From NCBI GenBank assembly GCA_964610045.1, contig CAZSUN010000008.1, positions 5,236 to 69,235 on the forward strand: a stretch of 64,000 nucleotides of DNA. The letters are read 5' to 3'. This DNA comes from an uncultured Sphaerobacteraceae bacterium (GTDB taxonomy: Bacteria > Chloroflexota > Chloroflexia > Thermomicrobiales > UBA6265). The notes under the pieces were generated by a model. That model did no database searches. It had not been told where the DNA came from and saw only the letters and a program-made list of their open reading frames with translations. This document shows, one piece after another, positions 8,762-17,982 of this stretch. Position 1 is the stretch's first letter. Every line of letters begins with the position of its first letter. A program made the translations under genes and the position numbers.

Positions 8762-9496
8762 ATGGCCAGCATTGTTGTCGTCGAAGATGAACGCGAACTC
8801 GCCCGACTCATCGGACAGACGCTCCGCGACAGTGGCCACCTGGTGGAAACCATCCACGACGGTCAGGTGGCGCTCGATCGACTCACCGGTCCCAACCGGT
8901 TGACACCGGACCTGATCGTCCTCGACCTGATGCTGCCGAGGGTCGACGGTTTGACGATCTGCCGACGCATTCGCCAGGACCGTATCATTCCAATCCTGAT
9001 GTTGACCGCCAAATCCACCGAACTGGATCGCGTGCTTGGCCTTGAGTTGGGGGCGGATGACTATCTCACCAAACCGGTCTCGCTGCGAGAGCTCCAGGCG
9101 CGTGTGTCCGCGATCCTGCGGCGGGTCGAAATGATGCGCGTCGAGTCGCAGACCCGCGAGAGTGTCTCCGAGGTGATCGAGCACGAGGACCTGCGGATCG
9201 ATCCGGTCGGCCGGGAAGTCCTCGTGGAGCAGGTCGAGGTCAATCTGACCGCCAAGGAATTCGACCTCATCTACCTGCTTGCCTCGCACCCTGGCCGCGT
9301 CTTCTCCCGGAATTACCTCCTCGACCGGCTTTGGGGAGACACCTATTCCGGGTTCGAGCGAACCGTTGACACGCACATCCAGCGACTCCGCCGCAAATTG
9401 GGAGGCTCGGGCTCGGTCGCCGACCGGATCGTGACGCTGTGGGGTGTTGGCTACAAGTACGAGCGGAACGCCAGCCCTGCCGCAGACGGCACCTGA
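8762..9496 (+). CDS. OmpR/PhoB-family response regulator
   Basis: The receiver domain begins MASIVVVEDERELARL and continues DLIVLDLMLPRVDGLTICRRIR. The C-terminal winged-helix region reads LTAKEFDLIYLLASHPGRVFSRNYLLDRLWG...VDTHIQRLRRKL. The start was moved to ATG at 8762. Confidence 0.9.
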   Translation: MASIVVVEDERELARLIGQTLRDSGHLVETIHDGQVALDRLTGPNRLTPDLIVLDLMLPRVDGLTICRRIRQDRIIPILMLTAKSTELDRVLGLELGADDYLTKPVSLRELQARVSAILRRVEMMRVESQTRESVSEVIEHEDLRIDPVGREVLVEQVEVNLTAKEFDLIYLLASHPGRVFSRNYLLDRLWGDTYSGFERTVDTHIQRLRRKLGGSGSVADRIVTLWGVGYKYERNASPAADGT

Positions 9497-9502
9497 TCGC
9501 CG

Positions 9503-11164
9503 ATGCGATCGCTGCGAAGCGCCAAACGCCTGCCCGACGATGCCACCATCCCCGAGCAGCTCCTCTACTGGCTGTTCACTCCCGTTCGTCTCTACCGGCA
9601 GCGCACCGCCGTCCAACTGGTCATTAGTTATGTCATGATGACCGTTATCACGGTCCTGCTCCTCGTCGCTGGTGTGGTCGCCATCGTCTGGTGGCCACGC
9701 ATCGCCGAAATCGGCAACTTCGAGGACATCACCCTGGATTACGGTCTCGGTGAAAAGGCGCGATCCTACGCCTGGTGGCTCGATCCGGATGGCCTTGCGC
9801 CGATGATGACCGAGGGACCGACCGATGCCGAACTGGCAACGCTCGAACAGCAACTGGCAGACATCGTCCACTACGAGGTGACGGGCTTCGACGGTCCGGT
9901 CAGCAACAACCACGCGTTCCAGATCGCGCATGTTGCGATCGTCAACATGGATGGCATGATCGTTGCCAGCGACGACGCCAGCTGGGTGTCACAGGGTTCT
10001 CCACTGTCGCGTTTCGCCCTCGGTTCCACCCGGTCGGTCGTCGCCCGTACGCTCGTGCTGGCCGGCCAGCCAGATCCGACCTGGGGCACCCTCTACTCAC
10101 TCGAGGTCGAACACGAGCGAACCTCGGCATCCTATCCATTGATCACCCGGGACGGCGAGATGATCGGCGTCATCGTGCTCGAAGGCAATCCCATACGCTC
10201 GGTGATCGGTGGCGAATCCCGGTTCGGGCTCATCCACTATTTCCTGGGGCAACTCCGGTACGTGATGGTGCTGATCATCGTCCCCGCGATTGTCGTCGCC
10301 ATTCCGTTCGGCGTCTGGCGGGCACGGTCGATGTCCCGCCGCCTCGAAGGCATGGCCGCCGCCGCCGACGCAATGGCCGAAGGCGAACTCGACACTCGCA
10401 TCCCGGTCAAGCAACGAGACGAGATTGGACGTCTCGCCGAGCGATTCAACGAAATGGCGTCGACCATCTCCACAACCGAACGGCAGCGGCAGGCATTCAT
10501 CTCAAACGTTTCGCACGAATTACGCACCCCCATATCGATCATCCAGGGCACCGTCGAACGTCAACTCGAGAGCCAACCACCGCCGGATCCCGAGCTTGTC
10601 ACGTCGCTGCAGGTCGTCCGGCGGGAAGCGGACATGCTCGAGCGGATGATCGCAGACCTCTTCACCCTGACCCGCCTCCGGGAAAACAGCCTGCGTCTCG
10701 AACGCAAGGCCTTCGATTTTGCCGACCTCGCCAGCAAGACCGTTGGCGGCATCAGTTCCCTTGCCTGGACGCAGTCGCGGGTCAGCATGGAGTCCCTGGT
10801 CCCGCCGGACTTGCCACTCGTCTACGGTGATGAGACCCGGATCCGGCAAATCCTCAACAACCTCCTGTACAACTCCCTCCGGCACACGCCCGAAGGCGGG
10901 TTGGTTGTGCTGCAGGCGAAACCAGCCGGTGCCATGGTCGAGGTCGCCGTGAGTGACACCGGCCTCGGTATCCCGGAAGACGAAGTCGAATTCGTGTTCG
11001 ACCGCTACTACCAGGCGGAGCGGGGCAACCGGCACGATGAAGGGAGTGGCCTGGGCCTGAGCATCGTCCAGCAGCTCGTTCGCGCCCACGGTGGTGACGT
11101 CAATGTGTCATCCCGCCAAGGCGAGGGAACCACCTTCCGCTTCACCTTGCCACAGGCAAGCTGA
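9503..11164 (+). CDS. Sensor histidine kinase (two TM segments, HAMP, HisKA, HATPase_c)
   Basis: H-box FISNVSHELRTPISII. N/G boxes LNNLLYNSLRHTPEGG, DTGLGIP and GSGLGLSIV. It starts 7 nt after the regulator stop. Confidence 0.9.
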   Translation: MRSLRSAKRLPDDATIPEQLLYWLFTPVRLYRQRTAVQLVISYVMMTVITVLLLVAGVVAIVWWPRIAEIGNFEDITLDYGLGEKARSYAWWLDPDGLAPMMTEGPTDAELATLEQQLADIVHYEVTGFDGPVSNNHAFQIAHVAIVNMDGMIVASDDASWVSQGSPLSRFALGSTRSVVARTLVLAGQPDPTWGTLYSLEVEHERTSASYPLITRDGEMIGVIVLEGNPIRSVIGGESRFGLIHYFLGQLRYVMVLIIVPAIVVAIPFGVWRARSMSRRLEGMAAAADAMAEGELDTRIPVKQRDEIGRLAERFNEMASTISTTERQRQAFISNVSHELRTPISIIQGTVERQLESQPPPDPELVTSLQVVRREADMLERMIADLFTLTRLRENSLRLERKAFDFADLASKTVGGISSLAWTQSRVSMESLVPPDLPLVYGDETRIRQILNNLLYNSLRHTPEGGLVVLQAKPAGAMVEVAVSDTGLGIPEDEVEFVFDRYYQAERGNRHDEGSGLGLSIVQQLVRAHGGDVNVSSRQGEGTTFRFTLPQAS

Positions 11165-11190
11165 CCGCTCCGGGTCCAGCTTCACGTTTC

Positions 11191-12609
11191 ATGCCTATAC
11201 TTTGGCGTCGCGGTGACCCGCGGTTTGGGGTCATGTTCCAGTTGTGCGCTCCCGGAGGCCGCGTGTTTTCGAGATCAAGTTCCACCCTTCTGCGCCAGCG
11301 AAAAGGCTCGTCCCTTGCAGCGGCGACCATCAACGGCGGGCTCCAGGCCTTGTCCGAAACGTTGCTGCAACCAGTTATCATCCTTGCCGCCATCGCGTTC
11401 CTGTTCGGTGGCTCGAATATCCAGATAGCGGCGTTCACGACCATCACCGCGGTTGCCTGGGCGCTCGCTCCATTGGCCATGTCGCTCATTCGGCGGATGA
11501 CCAGCCGCGGCGGCCTGATCGTGCTCGTCGTCTCGATCGTCCGCCTGACCGCGCTCCTGTTCGCCGGATTCGCCGCGGTTCGCATTGACGACATCCCGAC
11601 ATCCCGGTTCCTTGGCCTCCTGATCGGCGCGTACATCGTCTACCAGTCAGGGACGGCACTCTCGAGCCAGGCATCGGCCGGCGCCGCTGCGATCGCGACC
11701 GGTGGCAACCTCACCCGGCGCATGGTTCGGTATCGCCGGTTGACCGCCGTGGTTGCGGCACTGATTGCCGCCCTGGTCGCCTGGAGCGTCCTCAACTCGG
11801 ATCTCGCGTTCCAGCATGCCGTCAGGCAAATCGTTCTCCTGGCCACGCTTTCCGCCATTGCGGCGATATGGTTCCTGTTGCAGATACGCAGAAACCGGAC
11901 GGCAGTCTCGCAGCGCTCCCCCGGCGGAACGTTGGCGAGCGCACTGGCTGCGTTCCGGGTCGCGGCGTTCCGCCGTTTCGCGGGATACAAGATCCTGCTC
12001 GCGCTCGCTGCCGCTGTCGATCCCTTCCTGATCGTCTTCGGTTTCCGCGAGCTTGGTCTCGATGTGCAGTACATCGGACTGGCACTCGTGGCGCTCGTGG
12101 TTGGGCACGCCGCAGGGGCGTATCTCTGGCCGCGCTGGATCGCGCGGAGCGGTCCAAGGGCGCCATTCCAGGTGGCCGCGCTATTCCGGCTCGTCCTGCT
12201 GCTGTGGCTCATCGCCATTCCCGGGGTCCTCACCAACAGCCTGTACACCGACCGTTTCGACGATGGCACCGCCGCAATGCGGGGTTTCGCGATCGGGTTC
12301 GTGCTGCTCGGTCTGGCAGGCAGCGCCGGCACGGCCGCCAACCAGCGATACCTGATGAACCTGACTCGTCCAGAGTCATTGGCTGGCGCGACGATGTCCA
12401 TCAACGTTCTGATGGCCATCTGTGGGTTCGGTCCACTGGTGGTGGCACGCCTCCTCAACGACTACGATCTCGACCACATCCTCTGGGGCGCGACCGCCTG
12501 CGCGGCCGTTGCGCTGTTCGCGAGCGGACTGCTTGTGGAATCGACCGTCCGGGTCCGCACGCCAGTGGGGACCTGGCGCTCTACCCGGCACGCGGCCAAC
12601 GGCGCCTGA
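11191..12609 (+). CDS. Polytopic membrane protein, probably an MFS-type transporter
   Basis: About 12 hydrophobic segments and basic loops (RRMTSRGG, RRNRTAV). No diagnostic motif that I can name. The start is uncertain (11191 or 11233). Confidence 0.45.
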   Translation: MPILWRRGDPRFGVMFQLCAPGGRVFSRSSSTLLRQRKGSSLAAATINGGLQALSETLLQPVIILAAIAFLFGGSNIQIAAFTTITAVAWALAPLAMSLIRRMTSRGGLIVLVVSIVRLTALLFAGFAAVRIDDIPTSRFLGLLIGAYIVYQSGTALSSQASAGAAAIATGGNLTRRMVRYRRLTAVVAALIAALVAWSVLNSDLAFQHAVRQIVLLATLSAIAAIWFLLQIRRNRTAVSQRSPGGTLASALAAFRVAAFRRFAGYKILLALAAAVDPFLIVFGFRELGLDVQYIGLALVALVVGHAAGAYLWPRWIARSGPRAPFQVAALFRLVLLLWLIAIPGVLTNSLYTDRFDDGTAAMRGFAIGFVLLGLAGSAGTAANQRYLMNLTRPESLAGATMSINVLMAICGFGPLVVARLLNDYDLDHILWGATACAAVALFASGLLVESTVRVRTPVGTWRSTRHAANGA

Positions 12610-12622
12610 ACATGGAGATCAC

Positions 12623-13759
12623 ATGAAAATCGCACGGTTCGAACTCGAGCGATGGATGACCCGCTGGGAACTCGATGTCGACTACGACATCTGCGAAAGC
12701 GGGATCCTGCCCCTCTCCCTGGATGCGCTGTCAGCGCTGCTCGACGATGATGTCGCCCTTGAACTTCGTTCCGAACTGATGTCGATGCCCCTCGGCTACT
12801 CCGAGGCGCGCGGCTCGCTCGCGCTGCGGTCCGCGCTCGCCGCGACCTATCGCGGCGTGACACCGAACGACATCCTCGTTACCACCGGCGCGATCGAAGC
12901 CAACTTCCTGGTGATGAATGCCTTGCTCGAACCTGGCGATCATGTCGTCGCGGTCTCACCCGCCTACCAGCAACTGCACAGCGTGCCGCAGGCAATCGGG
13001 GCCGGCTTCACGCCCTGGCCGGTGGTCTCCGGCCCGGCCGGATTCCGGTACGACCTCGACCAGCTCGAATCGCTCCTTCGCCCGAACACCAAACTCATCG
13101 TCATCAACACGCCGCACAACCCAACCGGCGCGATCCTGAGCGATGCCGAACTGGATCGCGTGCTGGATCTCGCCCGGGAGCGGGACGCCTGGGTCCTCTC
13201 CGACGAGGCGTACCGCTGGCTGGAAATCCCGGGCGGGGAACGCCTGGTCGAGCCGGCCCGCAACCGCTACGAAAAGGCGATCAGTGTCGGCACCATGTCG
13301 AAACCCTTCGGGATGCCCGGACTACGCGTGGGCTGGATGGCGGCAACCAGTGAGATCGCGGCTCAGGCATGGGCCATGCGCGATTACCTCACCCTGAGTC
13401 CGGCAAAGATGAGCGACGCCATCGCCAGGGTGGCGATCGAACACCGGGATCGCATTCTCGCCCGGAACGGCGAGATCATGGCCACGAACCTGGCCACCGC
13501 CCGAACCTGGTTCTCGGAGAACGCCGATCTGGTCTCCTGGACAGAACCGAGGGCGGCCCTCCTGGCGATGATGTCCTATACCCTCCCCATCGACTCGGTG
13601 ACCCTGGCCGACAGGCTCGCTGCCGAGGCCAGGGTCATGCTTGCGCCTGGTTCGGCCTTCGGAATGGACCGGCATCTCAGGATCGGCATCGGCCAGCGGC
13701 CCGACATCTTCGCGGCGGGACTCGACGCCACCGCGACCTTCATGGCAACGCTGACCTGA
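12623..13759 (+). CDS. PLP-dependent aminotransferase, class I/II
   Basis: INTPHNPTGA and SKPFGMPGLRVGW (PLP lysine) motifs. The start was moved to ATG at 12623 (MKIARFELERW). Confidence 0.8.
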   Translation: MKIARFELERWMTRWELDVDYDICESGILPLSLDALSALLDDDVALELRSELMSMPLGYSEARGSLALRSALAATYRGVTPNDILVTTGAIEANFLVMNALLEPGDHVVAVSPAYQQLHSVPQAIGAGFTPWPVVSGPAGFRYDLDQLESLLRPNTKLIVINTPHNPTGAILSDAELDRVLDLARERDAWVLSDEAYRWLEIPGGERLVEPARNRYEKAISVGTMSKPFGMPGLRVGWMAATSEIAAQAWAMRDYLTLSPAKMSDAIARVAIEHRDRILARNGEIMATNLATARTWFSENADLVSWTEPRAALLAMMSYTLPIDSVTLADRLAAEARVMLAPGSAFGMDRHLRIGIGQRPDIFAAGLDATATFMATLT

Positions 13760-13938
13760 CCGCTTCCCGGTAGGGCGTCGCCTGTCAAACGCAGGGTTCC
13801 TGCCGCTCCGAGGCGATGTGCCAGCGGTATGTTGTCACGATGATACGAATATCAGCCTAATTTTCTTCCGGCACGCGTATTGCTAGACTCCGTGTGGGTC
13901 CCAGGCAACATCGTCTCGTCATGGAAGGAAGGTTCACC

Positions 13939-14529
13939 GTGCCGGAGGTCCTGATCATCGAGTTCAACGATGCCACTGCGGATGACTATCAGGCGGTCAA
14001 CTCGCTTCTTGGCTTCAACCCGGCAACTGGCGCCGGCGAGCCACCCCAGGGACTGATCCAGCATACCGCCGCGATTGGTGACCACACTCTCCTCGTCGCC
14101 GAGGTCTGGGAATCGCAGGCTGCACAGGGCGCCTTCCTGGCCAATCGGCTCGGCCCCGCTTTGGGCCAAGCTGGTGTTGCCGCTCCCAGCCGAAACGCCT
14201 GGTTCCCAGCGCTCGCCTGGTGGAGCAAGGATTCCCAAGGCCCGTTGGCCATGATCCTTGAGTTTCCGGGCTTTGGTCCAGAGCAGTTCCGGGCAGTGCT
14301 CGATCTCCTCAAGTCGAACGCCGACGGCAGCGGCAACTGGCCAGCCGGGATGACCGCGCACATCGGGGCGTCGGACGGCGAGCGGGTGCTGGTCGTCGAG
14401 CAATGGGCGTCTGCCGAGGCGCAGGAAGCCGCCATGCGTGATGTCCTGATCCCAGCCCTGACACACTTCAACGTCCCGCCACCGGCACGTGCCGAATCGC
14501 TCACGGCAATCGGTCACTGGGCAAGGTAG
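13939..14529 (+). CDS. Hypothetical protein with two internally repeated ABM/Dabb-like (ferredoxin-fold) halves
   Basis: Two halves match each other: VLIIEFNDATADDYQAV...LLVAEVWESQAAQGAF and MILEFPGFGPEQFRAV...VLVVEQWASAEAQEAA. The RBS GGAAGGAAGG lies 7 nt before GTG at 13939; the ORF maximum is 13894. Confidence 0.4.
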   Translation: MPEVLIIEFNDATADDYQAVNSLLGFNPATGAGEPPQGLIQHTAAIGDHTLLVAEVWESQAAQGAFLANRLGPALGQAGVAAPSRNAWFPALAWWSKDSQGPLAMILEFPGFGPEQFRAVLDLLKSNADGSGNWPAGMTAHIGASDGERVLVVEQWASAEAQEAAMRDVLIPALTHFNVPPPARAESLTAIGHWAR

Positions 14530-14565
14530 CTGGCGGTCCCGGCCACCTCGAAACAGCCGCGATCA

Positions 14566-14601
14566 CGGCCGTGGCATCCCGCCTGGGTAATGCCACGGCC
14601 G
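14566..14601. terminator. Hairpin between convergent genes (12-bp perfect stem, 12-nt loop)
   Basis: cggccgtggcat / cccgcctgggta / atgccacggccg. It lies between the stop at 14529 (+) and the stop at 14609 (-). Confidence 0.5.
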
Positions 14602-14608
14602 GTCCGGT

Positions 14609-16219
14609 TCACTCGCCTGCGGGTTCGAGGTTTTCGGGCTGCGCGGCGGTGTCACGGACGACCGTGCGCGACTGCTCCCGCAGGAACTGCATGACATAGT
14701 ACGGGCCAAGCGCGCCCTTCCCGGAGGATCCACTCCCCTTCCAGCCGCAGAACGGCTGGCACTCCGGCCAGGCGCCGGTCGTGGCGCCACCTGACCGGTT
14801 GGCGTAGACCACGCCAGCCTCGATCGTGTTGAAGAACTGGTCGATCTCGGCCTCGTCCTCGGTGAAGATACCGGCTGTCAACCCGTACTCGGTATCGTTC
14901 GCGGCGACGAGTGCCGCATCGAGCGACTCAATCGGGGCGACCGCCAGGAACGGCAGGAACAACTCACGATGGAACAGTTCGTGGTCGATGGGCAGGCCAT
15001 CGACGATCGTGGGCTCGACGAACGTGCCGTTGGCAAGTGCCGGATCGTTTGGCCGCTGGCCACCTGCCCGGATCGTCCCACCCTCGGCAAGCCTCACCGC
15101 CTCCTCGAAGCGCGCAACCGCGCTGGCATCGATCACCGGACCGACGAATGTCGCCCGCTCGGCCGGATCGCCCACCACCAATTCGGCAGTACGCGCAACA
15201 AGCCGGTCAATGAACTCGTCGTAGATCGGGCGCTCGACATAGACCCGCGAGCAGGCCGAACACTTCTGGCCGGAAAACCCGAATGCCGACCGGGCAACGC
15301 CCTCAACCGCCTTGGCGATGTCGGCGTTGCGCGTGACGATGGCAGGGTTCTTGCCACCCATCTCGGTGATGATCGGCTTCGGGAATTCGGTCGCGAACGT
15401 CGAATAGAGGTCCATCCCGACCTCCTTCGAGCCGGTGAAGACCGCGCCGTCGACATCCGGATGCTTGACCAGCGGTTCGCCGACAGCGCCACCGCCGCCG
15501 GTCACGAAATGCAGGACGTCAACCGGGATCCCGCCAGCAATCAGCGCCTCATACAGCTTGTACCCGGAGAGCGCCGTCGCGCTGGCCGGCTTGAAGACGA
15601 CGGTGTTGCCGGCGACGAGTGCCGCCGAGATCGGTCCGGCCGCCAGCGCGGTCGGGAAGTTGAACGGCGAGAGCACCGCCCAGACTCCAAACGGCCGCAG
15701 CACCGAAACGTTCTCTTCACGCGGGTCGATGGACTGCATCGGCAGGGTGTACCCGTCGGCAAGGACGACCTGCTTCGCGTAATAGTCGAGGAGATCGGCG
15801 GCCTCCTCGACCTCACCGATCGCTTCCGTCCGGGACTTGCCCGCTTCATGAATCATCGTCGCCGCGAGGTCAAACTTCCGGTCGCGAATTGCATCCGCGG
15901 CGGACTGAATGATGGCGACCCGCTCGTGCCACGGGCGCGCCGCCCAGGCCGGGTAGGCAGCCTTTGCCGCCGCCACGGCGGCATTCACATCATCGACGGT
16001 ACCGGACTGCATCCGGGCCAGCACCACCGTCGTATCCGCCGGCGCGACGACATCGAAGGTCGAGCGCCCGGAGATACCCTCCCCGGCAATCACCATGGGG
16101 TACTCAGCGCCGAACGTCTTGCCGAACGCTTCCAGCGCCTCATCGAAGGTGGCGTGCATCGCCTCGATCTCGGCGGGCGTGGAGGTGTACGTGATCTTCT
16201 GCTGGGCGGATGCGGCCAT
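14609..16219 (-). CDS. Aldehyde dehydrogenase family, probably 1-pyrroline-5-carboxylate (glutamate semialdehyde) dehydrogenase
   Basis: ALDH core FTGSKEVG, EMGGKNP, GQKCSACSR. The N-terminal architecture (EEAADLLDYYAKQ) resembles P5CDH-type enzymes. The start was moved to ATG at 16219. Confidence 0.75.
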   Translation of the reverse strand: MAASAQQKITYTSTPAEIEAMHATFDEALEAFGKTFGAEYPMVIAGEGISGRSTFDVVAPADTTVVLARMQSGTVDDVNAAVAAAKAAYPAWAARPWHERVAIIQSAADAIRDRKFDLAATMIHEAGKSRTEAIGEVEEAADLLDYYAKQVVLADGYTLPMQSIDPREENVSVLRPFGVWAVLSPFNFPTALAAGPISAALVAGNTVVFKPASATALSGYKLYEALIAGGIPVDVLHFVTGGGGAVGEPLVKHPDVDGAVFTGSKEVGMDLYSTFATEFPKPIITEMGGKNPAIVTRNADIAKAVEGVARSAFGFSGQKCSACSRVYVERPIYDEFIDRLVARTAELVVGDPAERATFVGPVIDASAVARFEEAVRLAEGGTIRAGGQRPNDPALANGTFVEPTIVDGLPIDHELFHRELFLPFLAVAPIESLDAALVAANDTEYGLTAGIFTEDEAEIDQFFNTIEAGVVYANRSGGATTGAWPECQPFCGWKGSGSSGKGALGPYYVMQFLREQSRTVVRDTAAQPENLEPAGE

Positions 16220-16309
16220 TGGCGAGATACTCCTGGACCGGGACGGCCCCGGCGAGCCGCCCCTGCAACATCGATTCACGATTCGCCGTCCGGCCACAAA
16301 CGACCGCCG

Positions 16310-16690
16310 CTACGAATACGGACCCAGTATCGCCGATATTTCCACCCGGTTCCCGAACGGATCGAGGGTAAAGAAGCGCGGCCGGTTCGGAATGGCGTCC
16401 GTTTCCTCGGTCCCATAACCATTGGCTTCCAGCGCGGCCCGGATCTCGTCCGGGTTATCGACACGGATGCACAGGTGCTGTCCAGGAGAGTTCGGGCCGC
16501 GGTCGTCGGTGTACACGTGGACCTCGTCGCCACTGTCACCGATGGTGAACCAGACGAATCGCTCCGTTCCGAGCACGGACGGCGGCGTGATTTCGGTGAG
16601 CCCGATCGTCTCGCCGTAGAAGCGCCGCGCCTTCTCGTTGCCGCCGGTCGGCATCGGGACGCTGGCGTGCTGGAGACTGATGACTGCCAT
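16310..16690 (-). CDS. VOC/glyoxalase-bleomycin-resistance family protein
   Basis: 126 aa. LQHASVPMP...ARRFYGETIGL...GQHLCIRVDN...DPFGNRVEI matches the typical VOC pattern. Confidence 0.7.
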   Translation of the reverse strand: MAVISLQHASVPMPTGGNEKARRFYGETIGLTEITPPSVLGTERFVWFTIGDSGDEVHVYTDDRGPNSPGQHLCIRVDNPDEIRAALEANGYGTEETDAIPNRPRFFTLDPFGNRVEISAILGPYS

Positions 16691-16725
16691 GGTGACGGAC
16701 CTCCCTGGTTGACGGTAAATGTCAA

Positions 16726-16755
16726 CGTTCGTAGCGGCGATCCTCCGCGATCGCC
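16726..16755 (+). repeat. REP-like unit (family A): CGTTCGTAG plus 7-bp hairpin
   Basis: cgttcGTAGc ggcgatc ctccgc gatcgcc. The head is identical to the copy at 52608. Confidence 0.5.
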
Positions 16756-16800
16756 TTCAATGGATCAACCTCTCACCAGCGGGCAGGGCTTTCCACAACC

Positions 16801-17982
16801 TTACCGGGTGAGAAGACTGGCGAGGTTGCGCTTTACTCGATCACCAATCTTTCCCGGTAGCTTCGCACCGTTCGCCGGTGTCGTCACCCCGGCAACACCG
16901 GACAGTTCCGGCAGGGAGAACCAGCGCCAGGGTCGTTCCCGATCGAGCTGCCGGTCTCGTTTCATCATTGCCCGGGCGTCGGACTCGAATGCCCGGTCCA
17001 ACCGGTCAGAGAACTTGCCCAGCTGGCGGGTCGACAGGTCGCTCCCTGATACCGCCTGGTGAATCACGTCTGCGGCTATCCGGACAAGGGTGAGCGTGGT
17101 GGAGAATCCGTCTCGATTGAGGGGATTCGTCACCCCGACCAGATCGTTGACGACCATCGCCCTGCCGCGCTGGAAGCGATTCCTGCGACTCAATCCGCCA
17201 ACGGGCACCACCTCGGTCACGAACGCACCACGCGTCAGTCCATCGATCCGGTCCATCACCATCGTATCGGCAAGGACTTCATCAAGGAACTCGCTGATGT
17301 GACGGGCGGTTGCCATTTCGTCTTCCAGAAGCATCGCGACCTTGACAGTGACGGCGTCACGACCGGGAATCACCAGGACATGCCCGTTCGATCCCCAACT
17401 CGCGGCTCGCGTGTACGCCAGGACGCTTCCGGCTTTCGGCGGTATGCCGTCAAAACGCAGTTTCGCCAGGTGCATCAATTCTGTTGGCAGCCAGTCCGGG
17501 CGCAATCCCAGGCTCTCCGGCAACCGGGGGTCCGACTCATCGGCGAACACCACCAGATCGGCTTCGAAGGTCAGGTGCCCGGATCGCGTGCGGACACCAC
17601 TCAGCACAGACTGACGCCAAACAAGGTCCACTTCATCCTGGTTCGCCACGATGGTGACGCCCCGCCGTTTGGCTCTGGATCGAAGCGCGTCCAGCAGCTG
17701 GCGGTGCTCGACCGCGTACCACCCGTTGACCGTCACGCCTGCTCCGGCACGCATCACCTCGCTGACCGGCACGGCAACCAGGGATTCCGGGTCCAGCCCG
17801 ATATCCCCAAGTGCGGAACTCGTCACGATCCCGTGGTATTGCTGCGACCGGCCCGGCGGGAAGCTTTGCTCCAGGACGAGGACGTCGAGCAGGTCAGTGT
17901 CGAGCATCGTCGCCAGTGTCAGGCCCGACAAGCCCGCCCCGAGGATCAGCACGAGTGGACGTTGCCCGGCCTCGCGCGTCAT
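16801..17982 (-). CDS. FAD-dependent oxidoreductase, FixC / ETF-quinone-oxidoreductase-like
   Basis: N-terminal dinucleotide fold LVLILGAGLSGLTLA. Its start shows ATGA overlap with the etfA stop. The second FAD motif looks degenerate (VVNDLVGVTNPL). Confidence 0.6.
   Translation of the reverse strand: MTREAGQRPLVLILGAGLSGLTLATMLDTDLLDVLVLEQSFPPGRSQQYHGIVTSSALGDIGLDPESLVAVPVSEVMRAGAGVTVNGWYAVEHRQLLDALRSRAKRRGVTIVANQDEVDLVWRQSVLSGVRTRSGHLTFEADLVVFADESDPRLPESLGLRPDWLPTELMHLAKLRFDGIPPKAGSVLAYTRAASWGSNGHVLVIPGRDAVTVKVAMLLEDEMATARHISEFLDEVLADTMVMDRIDGLTRGAFVTEVVPVGGLSRRNRFQRGRAMVVNDLVGVTNPLNRDGFSTTLTLVRIAADVIHQAVSGSDLSTRQLGKFSDRLDRAFESDARAMMKRDRQLDRERPWRWFSLPELSGVAGVTTPANGAKLPGKIGDRVKRNLASLLTR

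Noticed and set aside
14969-17062. 697-aa plus-strand ORF, and similar giants at 8369..9931(-), 24446..26425(+), 31509..33440(+), 36700..38886(+), 44021..45871(+), 50108..52036(-) and 59209..61251(+)
   Set aside because: Each lies antisense to one or more genes with unmistakable family motifs. Their translations are R/G/D/H/P-rich with no recognisable domains. Long stop-free antisense frames are expected at this G+C content.
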